Of a DNA stretch of 64,000 bases, positions 1 to 10,098 are shown one piece after another. Each line of letters opens with the position of its first letter. Position 1 is the first letter of the stretch. Under the pieces are notes generated by a model. It saw nothing but the letters and a program-made list of their open reading frames with translations, searched no databases and was not told where the DNA came from. The position numbers and the translations under genes were made by a program. The stretch comes from Oopsacas minuta (taxonomy: Eukaryota; Animalia; Porifera), in assembly GCA_024704765.1 (NCBI GenBank), contig JAKMXF010000343.1, forward strand, positions 1 through 64,000, written 5' to 3'.

Positions 1-1686
1 ACCCGAGATAGGTAAATCTTTGTGTCGAGTCAGAAGACAAAATGGAAATTTGGGTGGTTATAGGACAGATATTTTGGTTGAAAATATTTCAAAGACAGAG
101 ATGGCTGCATTGGTTTGTAAACGTTGTCAAGGAATCTTAAGGAAGGCATGTTTTTCGGCTACTAGCGGCGAGCATTTTTGTAAATGTTGTAAGAATTTGC
201 TGGAACAAGCACAGCCAAACGGACAAGTGAGGAAAATAATCCACTCACTGAAAAGCTCGTGTCCTTTATACGACAGAGGTTGTGAAGGAATAGGAAAGCT
301 AGGAAAATGTGCTAAGCATCTCAATATATGTGAGTATGTTTATGAGCAATGCGAACTAGGCTGTGAGATAGTATTACCACGTCATGAGCTCAAAATACAT
401 ATGAGAGAACATTGTGTAAAACGTGAAATTACCTGTGAGTATTGTGATCAATATTTCAAAGTGTGTGATATGGGTTACCATATGACTCAGTGTGACAAAA
501 TCCCACTAACACGTGAACTGGGATGTGACACAGTGATGTGTCGCGAGAATATGGCCCAACACCTAGAAAATTCTTGTCGTGTGGAAGAGGGAATGTAAAC
601 TAGGCTGTAGAATGGTGTTACCACGTGATGAGCTCGACATGCATGTGAATGATGAGTGTGTACAACGTATGATACCTTGTAAGCATTGTAAGAGAGATTT
701 CAAAGTTTGTGATATGCGCAACCATATGGAAGAGTGTCCAAAAATGCCACTAACATGTGAACTAGGATGTGGCACAGTGGCTTGTCGAAATAATATGGCA
801 CATCACATAGAGGAAGAGTGTGGTCGTGTGATGGAGAAATGCAAACTAGGTTGTGGAATAGAGTTACCACGTGATGAGCTCGATATGCATGTGAATGAAA
901 AGTGTGTACAACGTATGATACCTTGTGAACATTGTCGCATAGATTTCAAAGTTTGTGATATGCGTAACCATATGGAAGAGTGTCCAAAAATTATGCTAAA
1001 GTGTGAACTTAAATGTGGCACAGTGGTGTGTCGCAAGGAAATGGCACAACACTTAAAGAAAGATTGTTGTCGTGTGATAGAGCATTGCAAACTAGGTTGT
1101 GGAATAGAGCTACCACGTTATGAACTCGATATGCATGTCAGTAAAAAGTGTGTACATCGTAAGATATGTTGTAACCATTGTAAGAGAATTTTTAAAAGCA
1201 TGTAGCATGTCTAACCATTTGGTAGGGTGTCCGAAACTGCTACTGGCATGTGAATTAGGATGTGGCACAGTGGCTTGTCGTGAGGACATGGCACAACACT
1301 TAAAGAAAGATTGTCGTCGTGTGATAGAGCATTGCAAACTAGGATGTGGAATTGTGTTACCACGTGATGAGCAGGATTTGCATGTGAATACAATGTGTGT
1401 ACGACGTATGATACCTTGTAAGAATTGCAAGAGAATTTTACAAGCATGTGATATGTCAAACCATCTGGTAGAGTGTCCGAAACTGCTACTGGCATGTGAA
1501 TTAGGACGTGGCACAGTGGTTTGTCGTGAGGACATGGCCCGACACCTAAAGGAGGAGTGTGTAGAAATGATGATAGAATGTCCGTTTAGAAAATACAAGT
1601 GTGAAGTAGGACTAATCAAGAGGAAAGAACTCAATCAGCATTTGGAGGAGAAGAGGACTGAACACACAGAATTGAAACTCAGTGCT
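1..1686 (+). pseudogene. TRAF-like gene copy 1 (degenerate RING + tandem TRAF zinc fingers). 5' end lies just outside the window, two +1 frameshifts, 3' end cut by the N gap
   Basis: ORFs 20-598, 579-1205 and 1120-1770 are colinear pieces of one TRAF ZnF protein closely matching copies 3 and 4. There is an extra G at ~590 (gaagagggaatgt vs gaagaggaatgt in copy 3) and an extra T at ~1190 (gagaatttttaaaagc vs gagaattttacaagc in the next repeat). Both lie in homopolymers, so sequencing error is possible. Confidence 0.75.
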
Positions 1687-1687
1687 N

Positions 1688-2829
1688 TCTTCCATAGCTC
1701 TGAGTTTCAATTCTGTGTGTTCAGTCCTCTTCTCCTTCAAATGTTGATTGAGTTCCTTCCTCTTGATTAGTCCTACTTCGCACTTGTACTTTATAAACGG
1801 GCACTCTACCTTCTTCTCTACACATTCTTCCTCTATGTGTTGTGCCATGTCCTCACGACACACCACTATGCCACATCTTAATTCACAAGATACTGGCATT
1901 TTTTTGCACGTTTTATTGTGGTTAGATATGTCACAAGCTTTGAAATCTATGTGACAGTACTTACAGGGCATCATACGTTGTACACACTTTGTATTCACAT
2001 GTATGTTAAGTTCATCACGTGGTAGCTTCTTTCCACATCCTAGTTTGCATTCCTCTAGCACACGATGACAATCTTTCTCTAGATGTTGTGCCATCTTCTC
2101 GCGCTCCACCGTTGTGCCACACCCCTTTTCACATTTCAGTGGAAAATTTGGACATTTTGCCTGGTGCTGAAACGTATCATAAGCTTTGAAATCTTTCTTA
2201 CAGAACCCACATGGTACTTTACGATGATCACACTTATCATTCATATGAATTTTCAGTTCCTCACGTTGTAACACAATTCCACATCCGAATTTGCATTTCT
2301 CATGAACATAACTACATATATCAAGATGGTTCTCACATTCTCCTAGTGTTCCTAGCCATTCACAGCCACGCTCTTGTAAAGGACACGAGCACTTGAGAGA
2401 GAGGACTGTGTTCCTCACATGTGTATTCGGGATGGTTTTTTCATAGTTTTCATACAAGTTGTAAAATTCTTCACGTTTCCTACAACACTTACAAAATTGT
2501 TCCCCGTATGTTGATATGCAAGCCTCTCTCATAATTCCTTTACAACGATTACATAACAGGAATGTACTCTCTCTTTCTGCTAAATTTTCTGTTAGAATAT
2601 CTCTCCTATAACCTCGCAATTCTTCTCTGTCTGATTTATATCCTGTGGTCCCTGGGCTCCTTCCCATATTACGGGAATCTATTCGGATAATCTGTCCTTC
2701 TCCCGAACCCTGTTTGCCTTTCACGTCCGAATCTCTGACTCGACACAATTCTCTTCCTATCTCGGGTAGGAGTGGTTGTTTTAGATCTCTTAACAATTTC
2801 GGTGCCTCTCCAATGGACTTCTCTGCCAT
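1688..2829 (-). CDS. TRAF-like gene copy 2 (RING-like + TRAF zinc fingers), 3'-truncated at the N gap
   Basis: LLCNRCKGIMREAC...FCKCC RING-like segment, CPLQERGCEWLGTLGECENHLDIC, then repeated CxxGC...H...C TRAF ZnF modules. It stops at HTELKLRAME at the N (1687). Confidence 0.8.
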
Positions 2830-4132
2830 TTCATATTATTATATTAACAATTCAATTCTTATTATTTATACTTTGAGTTTATCCTTAAATTTGTAACCAA
2901 ACACTTTAATGATGAAGATTGTACTGGGATATCGTAATGACTGGCATAATAATAATAATTATAACTGTGAATCATCTCCAAAGACAAATCCGCCATTTCA
3001 AAATATCTAATCTATCAATGAATTTGTTCATTTTAGAGATATGTGAGTATCACGTTGAGTCTGTAATCAGACACTTAAGGCTGTGGATAAATTCATAATC
3101 ATAGGTTATCTGTTAATGCATACAAATATACAGAATTTGTAGAGTATTTATTAGCTACGATTAATCAGCTCATCACTTAGACGTTATTATATTAGACCTC
3201 TGTTAGTTGAGAACACGATTCAGCTCCACCACCCGCCTCTGATGTGGCAACCCACGAATATTGTCATTATTTCACCATATAATCAATGTAATTCAGCTAC
3301 AAGGTGTATTTTACTAGTAAACACATCTGGTCTAGCATAAATACCTTCCAACCTTAGAATCAATAATGTCAACAAATTCACCTACCCAAAAATTGAGTTT
3401 ATCTAACGGGAGATAATCGTTCCCATTTTTATGGTTCTGTTTCTGTCCAAGTGACCTGATTAACCTGTAGCTCTATTAAGGGAATTTGATTATTCAAATG
3501 CGAGTTTTGAATATGAAAGAAAATATTTGAAATGATACAGAAAGAATGTAGTAAATGCAGTAGTATATTGCTACAGTTGTTCAAATCGATGCTGTCTATG
3601 CAACTGATGACAAGTTTAAGATGGCGGAATAGATTTTGAAATATTCGTAATTTTGTGTAAATACTGAATTATTTATTAATACTATAATAATGAATAAAGG
3701 ACTTGCTTAAAGATTAAATGGAATACAATGGAAGCTTCTAAAGTGGAGGTTGGAGTGGGCAGCAGACAATATTGATGAAATCGTATACAAAGTTAGATAT
3801 TTCCAAAGTGGGTCAAAATCCATTAGAAACTGCTGAATTCAGGCATTTTAAGATGGGATGCCAAGCGCTTCATATATGTCAAAACATCTGCAAATCTTAA
3901 TAAAATGATAGTCGTGAAATTCGTATGTCAGATGTGGGGGCTTTCCCAAAACAAGTGCAGAGTCTTGTAAATACAGGCACACAAAGTTTGCATTCTCCCA
4001 AGTTGCTACTTGCAATAATCATAGTTATAACAGGGCTAAATATGGCTCTAATAAGTTGCAATGGTATCTCATTACAATTTAATATAATGTCCTCAATTAA
4101 TTGATATACTAGCAATGAATGAATTATAAGAA

Positions 4133-5865
4133 ATGGCAACTGAGTGTGTGGAATATCTCGAACCCGAGAAAGGTAAATCTTTGTGTCGAGTCAGAAGGCA
4201 AATGGAAATTTGGGTGGTTATAGGACAGATATTTTGGTTGAAAATATTTCAAAGACAGAGACGGCTGCATTGGTTTGTAAACGTTGTCAAGGAATCTTAA
4301 GGAAGGCATACTTTTCGGCTACTAGCGGCGAGTATTTTTGTAAATGTTGTAAGAATTTGCTGGAACAAGCAGAGCCAAACGGACAAGTGAGGAAAATAGT
4401 CCACTCACTGAAAAGCTCGTGTCCTTTATACAAGAGAGGCTGTGAAGGAATAGGAAAGCTAGGAAAAGCTGAGAAGCATCTCAATATATGTGAGTATGTT
4501 TATGAGCAATGCAAACTAGGCTGTGAGATAGTGTTACCACGTCATGAGCTCCAAATACATATGAGAGAACATTGTGTAAAACGTGAAATTACCTGTGAGT
4601 ATTGTGATCAATATTTCAAAGTGTGTGATATGGGTTACCATATGAATCAGTGTGACAAAATGCAACGAACAAGGGAACTAGGATGCGACACAGTGATGTG
4701 TCACGAGATTATGGCCCAACACCTAGAAAATTCTTGTCGTGTGGAAGAGGAATGTAAACTAGGCTGCGGAAGAGTGTTACCACGTAATGAGCTAAAAATA
4801 CATATCAGTGAAGAATGTTATTATCGAAAAATACTGTGTGAGCATTGCCAGAGAGATTTCAAAGTTTGTGAAATGCGTAACCATTTGGAAGAATGTCCGG
4901 CAATGCTACTAAAGTGTGAACTGAAATGTGGCACAGTGGTCTGTCGTGAGGATATGGCACAACACCTAGAGAAATATTGTCGTCGTGGGATAGAGCATTG
5001 CAAACTAGGTTGTGGAATAGAGCTATCGCGTGATGAGCTGGAAATGCATGTGAATGATGAGTGTGTACAACGTATGATGCCATGTGAGTACTGTCACATA
5101 GATTTCAAAGCTTGTGACATGTCTAATCACAATAAAAAGTGCCAAAAAATGCCAATATCTTGTGAACTAGGATGTGACATACTGGTGTGTCGCGAGGACA
5201 AGGACCGACACATAGAGGAGGAGTGTGTAGAGAAGAAGGTAGAGTGTCCGTTTATAAAGTACAAGTGTGAAGTAGGACTAATCAAGAGGAAGGAACTCAA
5301 TCAACATTTGAAGGAGAAGAGGACTGAACACACAGAATTGAAACTCAGAGCTATGGAAGAGACTGTTATGAAACAGAGCGAAATGATTAGAAAACAGAGC
5401 GAAATGATTGCTAAACAGAACGAAATGAATGATAAACAGAGTGAAATGATTGCTAAACAGAGTGAAAGAATTTGTATACAGAACGAACAACTTAAAACGC
5501 TATTTTTCATCACAAATACCATCAAGCTAGAATGGAGAATTCCAAACGTGGTAAAATTTATAAGATATTGCACTCCCTCAACTTTTCAACAATTTCAAGT
5601 TGATAGGTTTAACTTTACTTTAGAGCTAATATATGACTCAATATATATTCATTACCCGCGCCAGGAACTATCTAAAGTCAAAGTACATTTTATATTTCGT
5701 ATTATTAATCATAACAACTCTGATGTCATTTGGGAATCCAAAGGTAATATAACAGAAATAAAGCAGACAGGTGGCGATATTAATGCTATCGCTAAAATCC
5801 CTGCAAGAGAAGAATTCATCAGAGATGATGGTATAGATCTTGAAATATTAGTAACTCTACTCTAA
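4133..5865 (+). pseudogene. TRAF-like gene copy 3 (RING-like, TRAF ZnFs, coiled coil, divergent MATH-like domain) with a -1 frameshift about 65 nt after the ATG
   Basis: ATG at 4133 (MATECVEYLEPEKGKSLCRVRR) matches the copy 4 start. agaaggcaaatgg vs agaagacaaaatgg in copy 4 shows a 1-bp loss in an A run, which puts the long ORF 4183-5865 out of frame with the ATG. Either a pseudogene or a sequencing error. Confidence 0.7.
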
Positions 5866-6416
5866 ACATAGTTATTATAATTACCTGTTATTAATACATA
5901 TGTATATTGCTGTTCATTACTTATCGTGATCCCTGAAAATTATATTACTATCAGATTTGAGGGCTAACCATGTACAGTCAAGCTAGCGGGGGCATTGTAC
6001 AGGTGGCCGCTATAAAGAGCTCGATTTCAATCCAAAATTCTTCCACGGGACTATACAAATTTTATTGTTGTATGATATAATTACATATTTCCTCAACTAT
6101 GAGCGAAGAAATCTCGTTCAAATTCTGTCCAAGTAAACTGATTTTACTTTCCAAATAGACTCTGGGTAACAGGCCGTTTAACCTTATTAATTTATCCACA
6201 GACTTAAGTGTCTGATTACAAACACAACATGATACTCACTTATCTCTAACTAATCATAAATTCATTGATAGATTAGATATGTGGAAATGGCGGATTTGTC
6301 TTTTGGAGATGATTCACAATTTTTATTATTATTATTATGCCAGTCATTACGATATCTCATTACAATCTTTATGTATTGAAATGATTTATAACCAACCAAT
6401 GAATGTATTATAAGAA

Positions 6417-8216
6417 ATGGCGACTGAATCCTTGGAATATCTCGAACCCGAGATAGGTAGATCTTTGTGTCGAGTCAGAAGACAAAATGGAAATTTGGGT
6501 GGTTATAGGACAGATCTTTTGGTTGAAAATATTTCAAAGACAGAGATGGCTGCATTGGTTTGTAAGCGTTGTCAAGGAATCTTAAGGAAGGCATGTTTTT
6601 CGGCTACTAGCGGCGAGTATTTTTGTAAATGTTGTAAGAATTTGCTGGAACCAGCAGAGCCAAACGAACAAGTGAGGAAAATAGTCCATTCACTGAAAAG
6701 CTCGTGTCCTTTATACGACAGAGGTTGTGAAGGAATAGGAAAGCTGGTAAAATGTGCGAAGCATCTCAATATATGTGAGTTTGTTTATGAACAATGTGAA
6801 CTAGGCTGTGAGATAGTGTTACCACGTCATGAGCTCAAAATACATATGAGAGAACATTGTGCACAACGTGAAATTACCTGTGAGTATTGTGATCAATATT
6901 TCAAAGTGTGTGAAATGGGTTACCATATGAATCAGTGTGACAAAATGCAACTAACAAGTGAACTGGGATGTGGCACAGTGATGTGTCGCAAGAATATGGC
7001 CCAACACCTAGAAAATTATTGTCTTGGGGAAGAGAAATGTGAACTAGGCTGCGGAATAGTGTTGCCACGTCATGAGCTCAAAATACATGTCAGAGAAAAG
7101 TGTAATTTTCTAAAAATACTGTGTGAGCATTGCCAGAGAGATTTCAAAGCATGTGATATGTCTAACCATTTGGTAGAGTGTCCGAAACTGCTACTGGCAT
7201 GTGAATTAGGATGTAGCACAGTGGCTTGTCGTGAGGACATGGCCCGACACCCAAAGGAGGAGTGTGTAGAAATGATGATGGAATGTCCGTTTAGAAAATA
7301 CAAGTGTGAAATAGGGCTAATCAAGAGGAAAGAACTCAATCAGCATTTGAAGGAGAAGAGGACTGAACACACAGAATTGAAACTCAGTGCTATGGAAGAG
7401 ATTGTTACGCAAAAGAGCAAAATGAATAATAAACAGGACGAAATGATAGCTAAACAAAACGAATTGATATCGAAACAGAAAGAGATTATAAAGGCAAAAA
7501 ATAGATTTGATTTGAAACAGGGCAAGGAGATAAAGGAACAAAAAGATTTGATTTCGAAACAGGGCAAGGAGATAAAGGAACACAAGGGTTTGATTTCTAA
7601 ACAGGGCGAGGAGATAAAGCAACAAATGTATTTGATTTCGAAACAGGGCGAGGAGATAAAGGAACACAAGGGTTTGATTTCTAAACAGGACAAGGAGATA
7701 AAGCAACAAATGTATTTGATTTCGAAACAGGGCAAGGAGATAAAGGAACAAAAGGATCTACATACTAATCAAAGCACCATGATTGAACAATTATCTCAAA
7801 GGTTTATAACACCATGCTCCGTCACTAAAACCACTCATCTAGAATGGAGATTTCAAAACTTGGGAGGTAGATCATACTATGAAAATTTAGAAGTTGCTGG
7901 TTTTAAATTCGGTTTAGATTATAAATCCGTTATAGGTGTATCAAATGCTGTCTCAATAAGTTTGCATTTCCCACCTCAGGTAATCTCAAAAGCTACTAAA
8001 CTAGAATGGCCTTTCAGGGCAATATTTGTAATTCGTTTGCTATGTCATATCAAGCCGTGTGATCCCTGGGAATTCACAAGTAAATTGATTGAAGTAAAGC
8101 AAAAAGATTGTACTAAGAACCAGTACAGTTGTCAACTTGTTGAAATGCCTGCAAATAATGAAATCTTTCTCAGAGATGGAGGCATCAATCTTCAAATATC
8201 TGTAGTATTACAATAA
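6417..8216 (+). CDS. TRAF-like gene copy 4, intact (degenerate RING, TRAF ZnFs, repeat coiled coil, MATH/TRAF-C-like domain)
   Basis: 599-aa single ORF. Contains TRAF ZnF modules, (KQGKEIKEQKDLIS)n coiled coil and a C-terminal LEWPFRAIFVIRLL motif resembling the TRAF-C 'WPF' strand. Confidence 0.85.
   Translation: MATESLEYLEPEIGRSLCRVRRQNGNLGGYRTDLLVENISKTEMAALVCKRCQGILRKACFSATSGEYFCKCCKNLLEPAEPNEQVRKIVHSLKSSCPLYDRGCEGIGKLVKCAKHLNICEFVYEQCELGCEIVLPRHELKIHMREHCAQREITCEYCDQYFKVCEMGYHMNQCDKMQLTSELGCGTVMCRKNMAQHLENYCLGEEKCELGCGIVLPRHELKIHVREKCNFLKILCEHCQRDFKACDMSNHLVECPKLLLACELGCSTVACREDMARHPKEECVEMMMECPFRKYKCEIGLIKRKELNQHLKEKRTEHTELKLSAMEEIVTQKSKMNNKQDEMIAKQNELISKQKEIIKAKNRFDLKQGKEIKEQKDLISKQGKEIKEHKGLISKQGEEIKQQMYLISKQGEEIKEHKGLISKQDKEIKQQMYLISKQGKEIKEQKDLHTNQSTMIEQLSQRFITPCSVTKTTHLEWRFQNLGGRSYYENLEVAGFKFGLDYKSVIGVSNAVSISLHFPPQVISKATKLEWPFRAIFVIRLLCHIKPCDPWEFTSKLIEVKQKDCTKNQYSCQLVEMPANNEIFLRDGGINLQISVVLQ
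7507..7760 (+). repeat. Coding tandem repeat, 6 x 42 bp (14 aa), forming the coiled coil of TRAF copy 4
   Basis: aaacag anchors at 7515, 7557, 7599, 7641, 7683 and 7725. Confidence 0.9.
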
Positions 8217-8424
8217 ATGAGTTTGTATATTAGAACACTCATTAGTTTTAACTTCGTATATTATTATTTATTTCTTATCTAATCCTTCGGTATATTATTA
8301 AACAGATATTAATACTTCACACAATCACACCTTATATGTAGAATTACTAGAATATAAATTCATATTATTTGCATATAAAATTAGAAATCCAGAGATTTCA
8401 AGGAAATTTCTCGGGAAACAGTCA

Positions 8425-8646
8425 CATGGGTAAGGTAAGTATCTCCATTTTCAGGAATTCCATGGGTAAGGTAGGTAACTCCATTTTCAGGAATTCCATG
8501 GGTAAGGTAAGGTATCTCCATTTTCAGGAATTCCATGGGTAAGGTAGGTAACTCCATTTTTAGGAATTCCATGGGTAAGGTAAGGTATCTCCATTTTCAG
8601 GAATTCCATGGGTAAGGTAGGTAACTCCATTTTCAGGAATTCCATG
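8425..8646. repeat. Minisatellite, 6 units of 36/37 bp alternating between two variants
   Basis: Units catgggtaaggtaggtaactccattttcaggaattc (36 bp) and catgggtaaggtaaggtatctccattttcaggaattc (37 bp) are directly abutting. Confidence 0.9.
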
Positions 8647-9007
8647 CTACATAATTAGATTAATAACACTTTGAATAGTGTCTTGATTGACTTATCAAGC
8701 TTACTACTGTTTACCATACAATACATTGCACACTTGAATTCAGTCATGAATTTATCAACCACAGGATTATCAATTCAATAGTGAATTGTCTAATCTTGAT
8801 ACCATAAAATCTAGGATCCACGGATTCCATTTTCTCAATAGGCTCAAAAACTATGACAATTCAAGTCCATTCAACCGTGTTTTCAGCTAAAATTATAAAT
8901 ACAAATTGTCCTTATTATGAACCCATATTCAGTATTACTTATTTACGAGTGGTAAGCTATTGTGAATCTATTATACAAAATTCCCATTGAAATATAATAA
9001 TCACAAA

Positions 9008-9388
9008 ATGCCACCAAAACCTGTTACCAAGTCGGATTCGAAAAAGCGGTCAAAGGCAATTTCAAAATCTCTCCGTTCTGGGCTACAATTTCCAGTGGGT
9101 AGGGTACACAGACATTTGAAAAAACAGTCCTCAACGAGCCGACGGGTCGCTGCGACCTCTGCAGTATACTCCGCTGCTATTTTGGAATACCTTACAGCTG
9201 AGGTTCTAGAATTAGCTGGGAACGCGTCGAAAGACCTCAAGATGAAGCGTATCACCCCACGACACTTACAACTAGCGATACGAGGCGATGAGGAGCTCGA
9301 CTCGCTTATAAAAGCCACCATCGCCGGCGGTGGAGTTATGCCACACATTCATAAAAGTTTATTCCAAGGGGGCAAGAAACACAAATAG
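9008..9388 (+). CDS. H2AZ: Histone H2A.Z-like variant, intronless
   Basis: [14 protein letters not shown]...[67 protein letters not shown] matches the H2A.Z-specific core and docking domain. ATG at 9008. Confidence 0.92.
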   Translation: MPPKPVTKSDSKKRSKAISKSLRSGLQFPVGRVHRHLKKQSSTSRRVAATSAVYSAAILEYLTAEVLELAGNASKDLKMKRITPRHLQLAIRGDEELDSLIKATIAGGGVMPHIHKSLFQGGKKHK

Positions 9389-10098
9389 ACGGAGACCCCC
9401 AAATCTTCCTAAATACAATCTATATATTCCTACATAGCTTTTATATGATAAATAATTCTACTATTGTTATTGTTAGTTCTCGTATAGCACACAAATTTTA
9501 GCCACACTTACTAATGTATCTGATTTGTTTTACTTCTTATTATTAGCATTTTGAGGGGGTTTGTATACTAGTAAGTGTTTGTACATCTAACTTGGCAACA
9601 ATATTTCCCGGGAAATTCGAAACATTCACTGTTTTACATCCATAAATAACAATTTGGGGATATTATATGGGAAATACGGACATAAAATTGTGAATATCTC
9701 ACTGGATTTGTTGTAAATCCTCGGGGTAATACAAGGACCCTAGGAGGTTGGCAAGCATGAAGTATGCCTATTTCCACGCACATGTATATGACTCATCGAA
9801 GAAAATTGCGGGGATTGTTAAATTAGAGCGGGATATGCATATCGTCTTTTGTCTAGCCTGCAAAAAATGCGGGACTTTCGTTTTTACCGTTTCGGCGTGT
9901 ACATGACACTCAATATATATGAAGTGCAAATTCTAACAAAAATACTTAGAATTCTGACAATATTGACTAGACGAATGAAAATGACAAGGGAATCTAATAA
10001 TTGGCTAATCTCAATCCACAACATACATCTTCCTCCAATTGACAAATAAAGAAACTCAATTACTAAATTACAATAAATATACAAACAAATAAATAATA

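Noticed and set aside
4173-4194. 22-nt GT…AG micro-intron as a rescue of the TRAF copy 3 frameshift
   Set aside because: Removing it leaves the ATG frame out of register and gives a stop within 10 codons.
8425-8646. 36/37-bp repeats as a CRISPR array
   Set aside because: Units abut with no unique spacers, there are no cas genes, and the context is eukaryotic.
9389-9480. Replication-dependent histone 3' stem-loop after H2A.Z
   Set aside because: No GGYYYTTHHHARRRCC-type hairpin is present, consistent with a variant histone.
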